DNA of 64,000 nucleotides from Acidobacteriota bacterium (GCA_963663035.1 OY760074.1:960001-1024000), one strand, 5' to 3'; numbered from the stretch's first letter, positions 28,410 through 45,394 are shown. The notes: a model not told the origin generated them from the letters alone. Numbers and translations: made by a program.

Positions 28410-30797
28410 TCATTGCACGACGGTCAACTCTTTCAGCTCGACTTCTCGAAACCTTTTTTCTTGCATGGAGTAATGAGACACCTGCCACTGCAATCCGTCG
28501 GTCTCAATTCTGAGAGTGCCCCACTGTGGGGTTTCCATGACTGGAATGCCAGCTTCCCGGAAGCGTCTGAGAGTCTCACTCGATGGGTGTCCAAAGAGGT
28601 TCTTTCGTCCCGCTGAGATGATCGCCAGGCGGGGTTGAGTTCTTTCCAACAATTGCTGTGAGTTGCTGGTTCGAGCTCCGTGGTGGGCGGCTTTCAAGAC
28701 GGTCACTGGGCCCAGTTTAGAGGCCAAATAGTACTCAGCGGCCTGCTCGATGTCTCCGGTAAACAGCATTTTAAAATCCTTGTACTGCAGCAGTACCACC
28801 AGAGAGCTGTCGTTGGTCTCCCAATGGTTCCCCATAGGACCTTGAGCCGGCGGATGGAGCACCAGGTGCTCGACGCCTGCAATGGAAAAACTGTCTCCCT
28901 CCTGAAGCTGGCGTCGAGGTGGTCCGTCTTGCCTGTTGGGAAAGTCGTGGAAGAACAGGCGGCCGATAGGGAAGGCTTGCTGGATGAAGTCGTACCCCTG
29001 AATGTGGTCGGAGTGGGGATGGGTGAGCAGAACATAGTTCAACCTCTGCGATTTTTCCTGCCAAAGGTAGCGGGAAACCAGGCGTTCTCCTACAAACTGG
29101 TTGGTCTCTTCAGGAGAATAGAACAAGCCTCCCGTGTCAATGAGTGCGTCCGTACCGTTGGGGTACCGAATATGAAGACTCTCTCCCTGGCCCACGTCAA
29201 GCATGGTGACAAAAAGCTTCCCTTGAGGGTGGAATGCCGGTTGTTGAAGCATCAGCCAGAGCCATACAGGAGTGAACAAGGCCACGACCTTGGTTTTTCC
29301 TGGAAGCAAATAGAAAGCGGATAGAAATAGCAGAAAGTAAAGCATGATCTCAAGAGGCTCAGGCTGGCGCACAAAGGTGACCCAGCTCAAGTGTTCCAGG
29401 CTCGTCATCAGGTGGAGTATGCACTCGGCATAGCTACCCAGCAGCTGAGCAAAAATGGGACCAGTAGGCAGCCAAAAGGTCAAAAAGAGTACAAGGCAGG
29501 CGGGAACAAGAAGTGTGAAAAATGGAACCAAAACAAGGTTGGCAAACCATTGCGTCCAGACCCATCGATTGGTGTAGTACAGGCTCACCGGGAGTGTCAG
29601 GAGCTGGATCAAACTGCCGCACAGGAGCAGGCTGAGGAGGTAAGCTGCAACCTTCCCCGAAGGACACAGAAAGAAAACGCTCAATTTTCGGGGCCAGAAG
29701 TTGAACTTTTCTTCGAGAAAAAATCGAACGCTGCGGCGCAGCCTCGTAGAGTTGTCTCGATCAACCAGGAGCCGCTGTGTAAATGCATCTTGAAAGCCTC
29801 GGGAGAGGCTTTGAATTTGAAGCTGATAGGGGAGTACAAACAGCCCTATCGTGGAAAGACACAGGAAGGAAAACTGAAAACCCGAAGAAAAAAGAGCAGC
29901 TGGAGACACTGCTAGCAAGATCAAGGCTGAGATGCCCAAAGCGTTGAGAAACTGCCGGGACAGACCGAAGCCAAGAAGCAGATAAAAAAGGGTCATCATG
30001 ATCCCGGCTCGTACGGCTGGAAGGCCTGCTCCAACCAGGATCACGTAAGTCCATAGTCCTGCCATAGTGAGAATTCGCCCAGGTAGCCCACAGCGACGAA
30101 AGCACCAATGGAGGAAAAGGACGATGATAGACACGTGGAAGCCAGAGACGACAAATAGATGGTAAATTCCTAATGTTTTAAGAAGGTTAGTATCTTTCTC
30201 TCCAAGTGTCTTACTCTGTCCCAGGAAGACGCTGAGAACCAACTTGAGTTGGGTGGTCTTGAAGGATTTCTGAAGAAAATCGTGAAAGCTTTGGACATAT
30301 CCAAAAAGGGGACGCAACAGGCGTCCACTTGGATGGTAACCTCTTCGTTCCACCTGCCGTGGCGACTTCAGGCGGACCCTGTGGAGGATTCCCCGGGTCC
30401 AGAGTACCTGGCGGAAGTCAGCCACTCCCGGAATCGCATAGTAAGGAGGGTCTTCCAGAAAGCTGTTGAAGCCGAGAATCTCACCGTATCCGAGAGGGGG
30501 ATCAAAATAGGTCTCGGGGGCCGAATTTGAAGAGGAGATATAGATCGCCAAGCGCCCAGGATACGAGATGAGTTCACCCTGTTGTTTGACCTGGAGGGGC
30601 CGAAGCTCCAGGTAAATGTGATCATCCAGGACCTGAGGCGGTTGGGAGATCCAGCCTTCGACCTCCGTCAGCCGATCGTCTTCGAGTCGGACTTGAGGCC
30701 GAATGACTTCGTAGCAACCCCCCAGGAGGGTACTTGCCACTGCGGCGATAACGAAACAGGGATTAAAAAGGCAGAAGGTCTTTAAGCGGTGAAGCAC
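28410..30797 (-). CDS. comEC: DNA internalization competence protein ComEC/Rec2
   Basis: HLFVVSGFHV, FQFSF, LDVGQG, THPHSDH, HHGA, N.FGHP. Confidence 0.95.
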   Translation of the reverse strand: MLHRLKTFCLFNPCFVIAAVASTLLGGCYEVIRPQVRLEDDRLTEVEGWISQPPQVLDDHIYLELRPLQVKQQGELISYPGRLAIYISSSNSAPETYFDPPLGYGEILGFNSFLEDPPYYAIPGVADFRQVLWTRGILHRVRLKSPRQVERRGYHPSGRLLRPLFGYVQSFHDFLQKSFKTTQLKLVLSVFLGQSKTLGEKDTNLLKTLGIYHLFVVSGFHVSIIVLFLHWCFRRCGLPGRILTMAGLWTYVILVGAGLPAVRAGIMMTLFYLLLGFGLSRQFLNALGISALILLAVSPAALFSSGFQFSFLCLSTIGLFVLPYQLQIQSLSRGFQDAFTQRLLVDRDNSTRLRRSVRFFLEEKFNFWPRKLSVFFLCPSGKVAAYLLSLLLCGSLIQLLTLPVSLYYTNRWVWTQWFANLVLVPFFTLLVPACLVLFLTFWLPTGPIFAQLLGSYAECILHLMTSLEHLSWVTFVRQPEPLEIMLYFLLFLSAFYLLPGKTKVVALFTPVWLWLMLQQPAFHPQGKLFVTMLDVGQGESLHIRYPNGTDALIDTGGLFYSPEETNQFVGERLVSRYLWQEKSQRLNYVLLTHPHSDHIQGYDFIQQAFPIGRLFFHDFPNRQDGPPRRQLQEGDSFSIAGVEHLVLHPPAQGPMGNHWETNDSSLVVLLQYKDFKMLFTGDIEQAAEYYLASKLGPVTVLKAAHHGARTSNSQQLLERTQPRLAIISAGRKNLFGHPSSETLRRFREAGIPVMETPQWGTLRIETDGLQWQVSHYSMQEKRFREVELKELTVVQ

Positions 30798-30951
30798 GTC
30801 TTTAGATCCCTCATCCCACAGCTCACGGATCCGAATCTCAGGACTCTTCGGCTACAACGCTGCAACACGACAAAGTACGAAGAATTCTTTCTGAATGAGA
30901 AACTGACCTAAGAGACTCTCATCCGTTTGGTTAGAGGGTAGACGGCTCAGG

Positions 30952-30978
30952 AAAGTCAGACCCGCAGTCTGACTTTTT
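30952..30978 (+). terminator. Hairpin followed by T-run upstream of the Rhs gene
   Basis: AAAGTCAGAC-CCGCA-GTCTGACTTTTT. Confidence 0.45.
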
Positions 30979-31098
30979 ACCAAGGGACCTCGTGACTTTG
31001 AAGAAATAACGAGTTCGTGATGATCAGCCTAATGGATTGATTCTAAATTAGTTGCCTTAATTTATTGAGCCCTTTCAATAATTGGCCTCCTGATTGCA

Positions 31099-38194
<7,096 letters not shown>

Positions 38195-38211
38195 GATAAC
38201 GGACGGGTAGA

Positions 38212-38601
38212 ATGCACTTCATCATGACGCACTTGGTGTTGATAGCGATGTGTTTCTGGATCAGTTCAGGTGTTGCGTTGTTTTGGTGGCTCTGTTTGAA
38301 TCAGCCAAAGCCGATACTGCGAAGATATCCAAGAACAATCTTGATCCAAATGAGCCTGCCATTCTTACGCAATCGTTGGAGGGACATTGACCCCAATGAC
38401 GTCGAACATTTAAACACCTTTAGAAAAAGGCTGTTCGTTCGTGTAGTGTTGCTATTCGTCATTCCCACCTTTCTCGTTTTCCTATGTGTACGTCTGAACA
38501 TTATTTACCTACACAACATATCGACTGAGGTGGACATGAGGTCCGAGGAGATCGATAGAAAGGTTGAGGAATTCTTAAGGGACAGGCCGGATGACGAATG
38601 A
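38212..38601 (+). CDS. Putative immunity protein 1 (2 TM)
   Basis: Directly after the Rhs tip, low GC, YPR...LPF motif shared with paralogs. Confidence 0.75.
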   Translation: MHFIMTHLVLIAMCFWISSGVALFWWLCLNQPKPILRRYPRTILIQMSLPFLRNRWRDIDPNDVEHLNTFRKRLFVRVVLLFVIPTFLVFLCVRLNIIYLHNISTEVDMRSEEIDRKVEEFLRDRPDDE

Positions 38602-38971
38602 AGTACGGGTAGACTGTCCCCACATTTCGCCCCAAGAATTAGCCCGTGAGGGAGGTGTAGGAACTGGAGTTAACGCCACCATAGGACTGGCTTGTGGGGC
38701 TGCGATAATCTTGGCGCTCCTCTTGTGAACCCAAAGGAGAGATAGGGAATGGGTATTAATGCTTTCACCCTGCCTTACTATGTACTTTTTCTAGCTATGA
38801 TGATGATTATCATCAAGATTTATAGGAAAATGCCGTCCAAAGAAATTATAAAAAAATATCCACGGTCAACAATAGCCAAGAGTATCTGTCTGCCCTTCTT
38901 TGAGTCCTGGAAGAAAGATGTTGAACCGGACCACATTGACGTAATTGAAAGGTATGCGAGATCAGGCCGCG

Positions 38972-40351
38972 GAGCTACCCTCAAAAGGTGTGTAAATAGC
39001 ACAGGCGGTGATTATCCTTCCGGGTGAAAATAAAAACCCGGGCGGAAGAGCCCGAAAGGAAGGAGTCACACCGCCATGAGCAAGAAGAACATTGATCACA
39101 GTGTGGAGTCAAGAGTCTGCTTTGAACAGCTGGAAGAGTGGGTGCGAGAGCAGATCCAGTTTTACGTACAGGAACTGCTGGAGGATGAAGTGACACAGCT
39201 GCTGGGACGAAGAAAGAATGAGCGTCGCCGAGAAGTGGACGCCTCCGGTGGCTATCGCAACGGCTACGGCAAGGAGCGGCGACTGACGATGAGTTGCGGA
39301 ACGATCAAGCTGCGGCGTCCCCGAGTGCGGGATCTGGAAGAGCGTTTTGAGAGCCGGGTCTTGCCGCTGTTTGCCAAGCGAACGCGAGAGGTACGAGACT
39401 TGATTCCAGAACTCTATTTACATGGTCTGGCCGAGGGGGATTTCGATCTGGCCTTGAGAGGGCTTTTAGGGGAAGAAGCGCCGCTGTCCCCCAGCACCGT
39501 AGCCCGGTTGAAACAGAAGTGGCAGGGAGAAATGGAGGCCTGGCAGAGCCGTCGGCTGGATGATCTGGAAGTCGTGTATTTGTGGGCGGACGGCGTGTAC
39601 ATCAAAGCAGGGCTGGAGAAGGAGAAGGCCGTGATTCTGGTAGTGATCGCCGCTTTAAGTGATGGCACTAAAGTGGTGGTGTCCGTCAGTAGTGGTTATC
39701 GAGAATCGACCCAGAGCTGGTCCGAAGTGCTGCGGGATCTCAAAGAGCGGGGGATGAACCCACCCCGTCTGGTGATCGCTGACGGGCATCTGGGGATCTG
39801 GGGAGCGTTGCGCAACGTGTTCCCAGAAGCCGACGAGCAGAGATGCTGGAATCATCGCATCGTCAACTTGCTGGCCAAGATCCCCAAGAGTCGGCACAAA
39901 GCGGCCTTGTTGATGTTGCGGCAGATCCCTTATGCAGAAACACGGCAGGAAGCCGAGCGAGTCAAAGGACGATTCCAACATTGGTGTAGCAAGAGAGGCC
40001 TGGAGGCAGCGGCTGATCTGATCGACCAGGACTGGGAGCGGATGGTGACGTTTTACAACTATCCCAAACAGCAGTGGCAACATCTGCGGACTACCAACCC
40101 AGTGGAGTCTCCCTTCTCTGCTCTGCGACTGCGAACCGATGCTGCTCGAAGGTTCAAGAAAGTGGCCAACGCACGGGCTGTCATCTGGAAGATGCTGCTG
40201 GTCGCTGAGAAGAGATTTCGCCGTTTGAAGGCTCCCCACTTGATGAAGGATGTCTACCAAGGAGCCCAATATGTCAATGGAGTTCCAGTCAACCCAGTCA
40301 CCCAGGAGAAAGCCGCCTGATGTCTATTTACACACTTATTGACGGAACCTC
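38972..40351 (+). mobile_element. IS256 family insertion sequence
   Basis: IRs GAGCTACCCTCAAAAGGTGTGTAAATAG / CTATTTACACACTTATTGACGGAACCTC; 9-bp TSD CAGGCCGCG (38963-38971, 40352-40360). Confidence 0.95.
39076..40320 (+). CDS. IS256 family transposase
   Basis: YRNGY, WADG, IADG, QRCWNH, RTTNPVES. Confidence 0.96.
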   Translation: MSKKNIDHSVESRVCFEQLEEWVREQIQFYVQELLEDEVTQLLGRRKNERRREVDASGGYRNGYGKERRLTMSCGTIKLRRPRVRDLEERFESRVLPLFAKRTREVRDLIPELYLHGLAEGDFDLALRGLLGEEAPLSPSTVARLKQKWQGEMEAWQSRRLDDLEVVYLWADGVYIKAGLEKEKAVILVVIAALSDGTKVVVSVSSGYRESTQSWSEVLRDLKERGMNPPRLVIADGHLGIWGALRNVFPEADEQRCWNHRIVNLLAKIPKSRHKAALLMLRQIPYAETRQEAERVKGRFQHWCSKRGLEAAADLIDQDWERMVTFYNYPKQQWQHLRTTNPVESPFSALRLRTDAARRFKKVANARAVIWKMLLVAEKRFRRLKAPHLMKDVYQGAQYVNGVPVNPVTQEKAA

Positions 40352-40529
40352 CAGGCCGCGCTCTCATAGTTACTTTGCTTGTCTTTATTAGTATCTCCAG
40401 CATCATAAGATATCTACAGGTTGTGTACTTGTTGAGTGTTGTCGAAGGGTAGACTCTCCCTGCATTTTCGGAGGTAGTGTTGCCAGTCTCGTCTTTGCCT
40501 TTTGCTTTGTTCTCTAACTAAATTCAAGA

Positions 40530-40913
40530 ATGGATTGGCTAATGGCTGTTGTGCCGACACTTGTGTTTGTTCTTGTTTTCATTTGGTTGGTCCTGTCGGG
40601 GTTACACTTCTTGAAATGGAGGTCAAAGCACTCTCCGAAAAGCACTATGGCTAACTATCCAAGGCGCTCTATCTTCCAACTGATGCTATTTTTGCCGGTA
40701 AGTGGTTCGCCAACTATTGATTCCGATGACTACGATATCTTGACTGACTATAGAAGAAGAGTATGGATCCGTTATCTGGTCTTCGTTCTGATGCCGATTT
40801 TGATTATTGTTTTATGTGTGCGGATCCTGTCTCTTCGTATCGGCCAAACGGTAAACGAAATCCAAACGGATAGGCAGGAACTTGAACGTAGAATCGAAGA
40901 AAACACCCGTTAG
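40530..40913 (+). CDS. Putative immunity protein 3 (2 TM)
   Basis: Paralog of 38212-38601 (YPR, ID.DD..L..YRRR, P....LCVR, coiled-coil tail). Confidence 0.75.
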   Translation: MDWLMAVVPTLVFVLVFIWLVLSGLHFLKWRSKHSPKSTMANYPRRSIFQLMLFLPVSGSPTIDSDDYDILTDYRRRVWIRYLVFVLMPILIIVLCVRILSLRIGQTVNEIQTDRQELERRIEENTR

Positions 40914-41020
40914 GAAAAATGAGAGATCTAGGTTGGTACTTCCCCCACTTTTCCCCTTTTGGCGTCTAAGCTTGAGCAATTCTTGTTGCCTTTAACCCTC
41001 GTAAGATTTAGGATCGAGCC

Positions 41021-42694
41021 ATGAAACGAGCACTTACCTTAATGGCGCCCTTATGGGTAATTTCTGTGCTGATTCTATGGGGCTGCAGCGGACTGAGAGG
41101 GGATGAGGTCTTGTCCGAGGAGCAATTGGCCTGCGAAGCCCTGTCCGAGATGCGGAACTTAACCATTACCCTGGCTCAACTGGTGGAAGCCACCGAGGAG
41201 ACACCCGAGTACTGCTACGTGAAAGGAACCATCTCTCCTGGCATCGTCTATCATGTCCAGCTGCCCTTACCTGAGAACTGGAACGAGCGACTTCTCAACA
41301 TTGGAGACGGCGGCAAGGACGGAGATCTGGATTTTGCCGATTATCGCCTGGCCCAAGGCTATGCCGTGGCCAACAGCAACATGGGACACGACAACGGCTC
41401 CGAACCGGGAGCATCCTTTGGCTTCAACAACCGCCAGGCGGAAATCGATTTCGGCTACCGCGCGGTGCATCTCACGGCCAATGCTTCCAAGACTGTCGTG
41501 GACGCCTATTACGACAGGGATCCCGAGTATTCGTACTTTGAAGGCTGTTCCACAGGCGGCCGCGAGGCTCTTATGGAAGCTCAGAGGTTTCCCTACGATT
41601 TTGATGGAATCGTGGCAGGAGCTCCCGCTCTCTTTTATCAGAGGGCCAATGCCAACCACGTCTGGATGTTACAGAGAGTATTCCGCAACAACCTGGCCGG
41701 AAATCTGGCCTATGACAAGGACGGCGATGGCACACCTGAGAGCTTCACCAAGCTGAACCTTTTGAGCGACACCATGTTGGCCAAGTGTGATGGAGTGGAC
41801 GGAATCAGTGACGGCGTAATTGACGACCCGTTGGCCTGTGATTTCAAGCCGGAGGTTGATCTGGCTGACAAGATGTGCCCAAACAACGTCAATGGGGATG
41901 CTTGTTTTACCACCGAACAGATACAAACCATAAAGGATATCTACGGCGGAGCACACGACAGCAGAGGCGACCTGGTGTACAAGGGCAAACCCTTGGGCAC
42001 GGAGACGGGCTGGGCTTTCGCTCTTTTCCCTCACGCAGGCAACTCCATGACACCTGCCCGGGTGGGCACGCCGCAGCGTCCTGGCACTGCCGGCGACCAC
42101 CTCAACTACCTCTTCTATGAAAATGACCCAGGGACCACCATGCCGAAGTTCACGGACCTCTCCCAGGTCCCAAACAAGACGAGACAACCTCCTGAGTATG
42201 CGTGGTGGGAATTCAATGTCGATGACGTCACCAACGGCAAGGCGGATCTGATGATCTCGATCACCGAGGCCAAGGATCCTGATTTGAGCCGTTTTTTGCT
42301 CAAGCAAGACGGCAAGCTGATCATTTACCACGGGTGGAGGGACTCCCTGGCCAATCCCGAACCCACGCTGGACTATTACAAGGACGTCGTGGCCACGACC
42401 TTCAGCGGCGACCTCAACGCTGCTGTGGAGAAGACGCGGCTCTTTATGATTCCTGGAATGGGCCATTGTGCCGGTGGCCCGGGACCGAATACCTGGGAAA
42501 GGCTGGCACCACTGGTGGATTGGGTGGAAAACGGTAACCCACCTGATGCTCTGGTCGCCACCCATAGCACCGATGGAGTGGTAGACAACGAGCGGCCTAT
42601 TTGCCCCTACCCCCAACGGGCTGTTTTCACGGGTCCCGCTGGCGGGGAGAACGATTCTGCCAACTGGGTGGCAAGTAATTTTACCTGTCGGTGA
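41021..42694 (+). CDS. Tannase/feruloyl esterase family lipoprotein
   Basis: GCSTGGRE, DFDGIVAGAP, YHGW.D, PGMGHC; lipobox LWGC. Confidence 0.93.
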   Translation: MKRALTLMAPLWVISVLILWGCSGLRGDEVLSEEQLACEALSEMRNLTITLAQLVEATEETPEYCYVKGTISPGIVYHVQLPLPENWNERLLNIGDGGKDGDLDFADYRLAQGYAVANSNMGHDNGSEPGASFGFNNRQAEIDFGYRAVHLTANASKTVVDAYYDRDPEYSYFEGCSTGGREALMEAQRFPYDFDGIVAGAPALFYQRANANHVWMLQRVFRNNLAGNLAYDKDGDGTPESFTKLNLLSDTMLAKCDGVDGISDGVIDDPLACDFKPEVDLADKMCPNNVNGDACFTTEQIQTIKDIYGGAHDSRGDLVYKGKPLGTETGWAFALFPHAGNSMTPARVGTPQRPGTAGDHLNYLFYENDPGTTMPKFTDLSQVPNKTRQPPEYAWWEFNVDDVTNGKADLMISITEAKDPDLSRFLLKQDGKLIIYHGWRDSLANPEPTLDYYKDVVATTFSGDLNAAVEKTRLFMIPGMGHCAGGPGPNTWERLAPLVDWVENGNPPDALVATHSTDGVVDNERPICPYPQRAVFTGPAGGENDSANWVASNFTCR

Positions 42695-42698
42695 GTCT

Positions 42699-42755
42699 TA
42701 GCCCGGATTATTCATCAATTCGCTACTGCAGCTACGAAAGCATCCGCCCTGCCAG
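42699..42755 (-). mobile_element. Solo end of the 15196-type MITE
   Basis: TAGCCCGGATTATTCATCAATTCGCTACTGCAGCTACGAAAGCATCCGCCCTGCCAG resembles the reverse complement of 15319-15375. Confidence 0.7.
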
Positions 42756-42782
42756 TGAAGTGTCGGACAAAACGGGTCCTTA

Positions 42783-43697
42783 TTACCCTTTCCCTTTGAC
42801 TCTAGTGGCTTTACCTGGTGAGACAATTATTTCATCGATCAGAGCGTACTTGTTCTTGCGGTTTGCGTAAAAGGTCCAGAGATCCTCGCGTTCAACATCG
42901 TTGAGCACCGTCACAAGCGTTCTTCCTTGGGGGTCTTCGTCCAACCCACGGTCTATCTTTATGACGCCAACGTCGGTCAGCACCAATCGGGAATGAAGGT
43001 CCAGGGAATCATTCTCATCCTCCCATAAAACGAACTTGATTTCACTGTGTTGGGGAAGATGTCTCGAAAACCTCTGCTCGCATTCCTTCCTGAACCACTC
43101 ACCTTCTGCTTTTGCCCTCAAATGATATTCGAATCGAGACAAGGTTCTACCCTTTTCGGCACAAAGCAGGAAGTGGCCAAGTGGGCGAGTCCATTTCGCT
43201 CGCGAAGGGTCAAAGTAAGGATCGACCAAAATAACTTCCGTGCTGCTTTCGAGCAGCAGTTGACAGCATTCAGCAAGATCCTCTGCTGTTCTCTGAATCT
43301 GTCCGCCTCTACCGATCCTGATCAAAGGGTGCGTCTCCTCCACATCAGTTGGAGAGATGACATATTTCCTTTTAGTCTTACTCTCGTCGGCGATGATCGC
43401 TTGAAACGGCTTACGCAAATGCTCATCAAGTGCATTTTTCAGCCAGGCAACATCGAAGTTGAACGACCTTCCAGACTCCACAAGTTTCTGGCGCCTAAAT
43501 TGACGCAACCTCAGAGCGATTTTCTTCCTCTCGACATCTCCCAAATCTCTACAGGCTTTCAACACCTCGTCTTCCCATTTCTCTGGAAAGCGTGAGATGA
43601 GACGCCCGTGTTCAAAGCCAAACCGGTTAGTGATGTCTTTAAAGACTTCCCAACTACCCAATGCAGCGGGTTCGAGGGCATATTCACGAAAGATCAA
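42783..43697 (-). CDS. Hypothetical protein with PLD/MIT_C-like motif
   Basis: LVDPYF and LHSRLVLTDVGVIKIDRGLD; start overlaps ATPase stop. Confidence 0.75.
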   Translation of the reverse strand: MIFREYALEPAALGSWEVFKDITNRFGFEHGRLISRFPEKWEDEVLKACRDLGDVERKKIALRLRQFRRQKLVESGRSFNFDVAWLKNALDEHLRKPFQAIIADESKTKRKYVISPTDVEETHPLIRIGRGGQIQRTAEDLAECCQLLLESSTEVILVDPYFDPSRAKWTRPLGHFLLCAEKGRTLSRFEYHLRAKAEGEWFRKECEQRFSRHLPQHSEIKFVLWEDENDSLDLHSRLVLTDVGVIKIDRGLDEDPQGRTLVTVLNDVEREDLWTFYANRKNKYALIDEIIVSPGKATRVKGKG

Positions 43698-45394
43698 AAC
43701 AGCTCCTCCTCGCGCTCTTCAAAGAACCCACGCGGCCAGCGATCGATGAATTCGCCGGTCTTGTCGATCCTCAGCGGGGAAACATGGACCACCCCGTCAG
43801 CGGACTCCATAAAAATCACACTGACCTGATCGGGCGTGAGGGGTTGAACGTCCTTCGGTAGCTTATCCTCGCTGGTCTCGCGGATCCTACGGAGGAGCCT
43901 CAGCATGAGGTGTTCACTGTGAGTCTCCAATAAGAAGAGGTTATCGCCTGTCTGGATCTGAGCGATGAATAGGTCAGCCAGCTTTGATTGCAGTGCTGGG
44001 TGAATGTGCAATTCAGGCTGCTCGACCGTGACAATCTGGTCTTTGGATAATAAAGCTGCAATAACGACCGGGATCAACTGGGACGCACCCGTTCCCACGT
44101 CTCGTGGATTGAGGTCGCGGCCCGTCGTAGATTTTCTCAGCACCACGCGTGCCCGCTCGGGCATCTCGTGAATGCATTCCTCAATCTCAGGGGGATCTGT
44201 TACAGCCTCCGCGTCCAGCTTGGAGATTTGGGAAGACTCAAGCTCTCTGAAACGTCGGACGATGATTTTATAGCCCGTGTCTAGCCGATCTGCATCCTCT
44301 AACCATTGATTGATTTCAGCTTCTTTTTCTGGTGTTACTGTGAACAGTTCCTCCCACACACTGAGGCCAGAGTGTAGGCCAAATGCTGAAACGGGCTCGT
44401 CTTGCTCCAGAACCCTCGGAGGGCGAGCGCGGAGGGGGCCAAGGTACCGCAAAGACCGGAGAAGGTGTTCCACCATGGCTCCAGGCCGTAAGATGCATCG
44501 GCTCAAGATGTCATCGTACCCGTCCTTGAGCTGATAGCGGTCGTCACCATCCAGGTGTTCAGCGTCTCCTTTCTCGACCTCTTCTTCGCTGTCAATCTTT
44601 TTTTCACCGGCTGCTACGGCTTGTTCCCAGTCCGGAAGAGCACCCGCGCATCGTGTAAAAATATGGCCGGCACTCGGTGGGCCTGGAGGGTTGCCGGACC
44701 AGTGCCAGTGAGAGATGTCTTCAAGCATGAAATTCGAAAGCTCGTGAAATAGGTTGGGCGATTTCGAAGACCTCCCCTTACGGAAGATATGATGCTGGGT
44801 GTTGAAAACCGTGTCGAGGACATAGGGCTTCAGGTTCATATACCAACGTAGGAACTGGTCTTGGTCCACATCCTTGTACTGTTGGATGCGCCTAGAGGGA
44901 CCTACGTCGGAAAGCTTGGAGAAAAATTCTTCGTTCAACTCCACTCGGCAGGAGGCAAAATAGGGAATCGATAGAATCGGATCCCAGCAGACCGAAACTG
45001 AGACCGATGCGCGTTGCACCTTGGCCAAGCAGTCTAGACAGCGTTCTGTCAATCCGACGTGTTGAACTGTTCTGTGCTCAAAGGGAACATCACCAGACAG
45101 ACCAACCTTTTCAAGATCGATTTCCACAGTGACTGTAATGGGGAGTGAGAGATCGTAGTTGTGCACCATGTTCTGGAAGCCACCCAGATCGAGCGGCTCA
45201 TCGAAGATCGTCACTTGATGCGGATTCGGATTGTGGTTCACGAAGATTTCCCGTGCGTAGAGAAGAGCTTCCATTACGGTGCTCTTTCCGGCGCTGTTGG
45301 GACCGAACAGAAGCGTGATCGGTTTGAGCTCAATACGTACAGGGTCGCCGATCGCCTTGAAATTCTGGATGGTAAGAGCTCTCAGAGTTGCCAA
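43694..45394 (-). CDS. ABC-type ATPase with DUF3696-like C-terminus
   Basis: GPNSAGKS, VGTGASQ, VEQPELHIHP, ETHSEH, GEFIDRWPRGFFEE. Confidence 0.9.
   Translation of the reverse strand: MATLRALTIQNFKAIGDPVRIELKPITLLFGPNSAGKSTVMEALLYAREIFVNHNPNPHQVTIFDEPLDLGGFQNMVHNYDLSLPITVTVEIDLEKVGLSGDVPFEHRTVQHVGLTERCLDCLAKVQRASVSVSVCWDPILSIPYFASCRVELNEEFFSKLSDVGPSRRIQQYKDVDQDQFLRWYMNLKPYVLDTVFNTQHHIFRKGRSSKSPNLFHELSNFMLEDISHWHWSGNPPGPPSAGHIFTRCAGALPDWEQAVAAGEKKIDSEEEVEKGDAEHLDGDDRYQLKDGYDDILSRCILRPGAMVEHLLRSLRYLGPLRARPPRVLEQDEPVSAFGLHSGLSVWEELFTVTPEKEAEINQWLEDADRLDTGYKIIVRRFRELESSQISKLDAEAVTDPPEIEECIHEMPERARVVLRKSTTGRDLNPRDVGTGASQLIPVVIAALLSKDQIVTVEQPELHIHPALQSKLADLFIAQIQTGDNLFLLETHSEHLMLRLLRRIRETSEDKLPKDVQPLTPDQVSVIFMESADGVVHVSPLRIDKTGEFIDRWPRGFFEEREEELF

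Larger units (their letters stand above)
38749..40452 (+). pseudogene. Putative immunity protein 2, interrupted by IS256
   Basis: Removing the IS and one TSD restores ...ERYARSGRALIVTLLVFISISSIIRYLQVVYLLSVVEG*. Confidence 0.8.
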
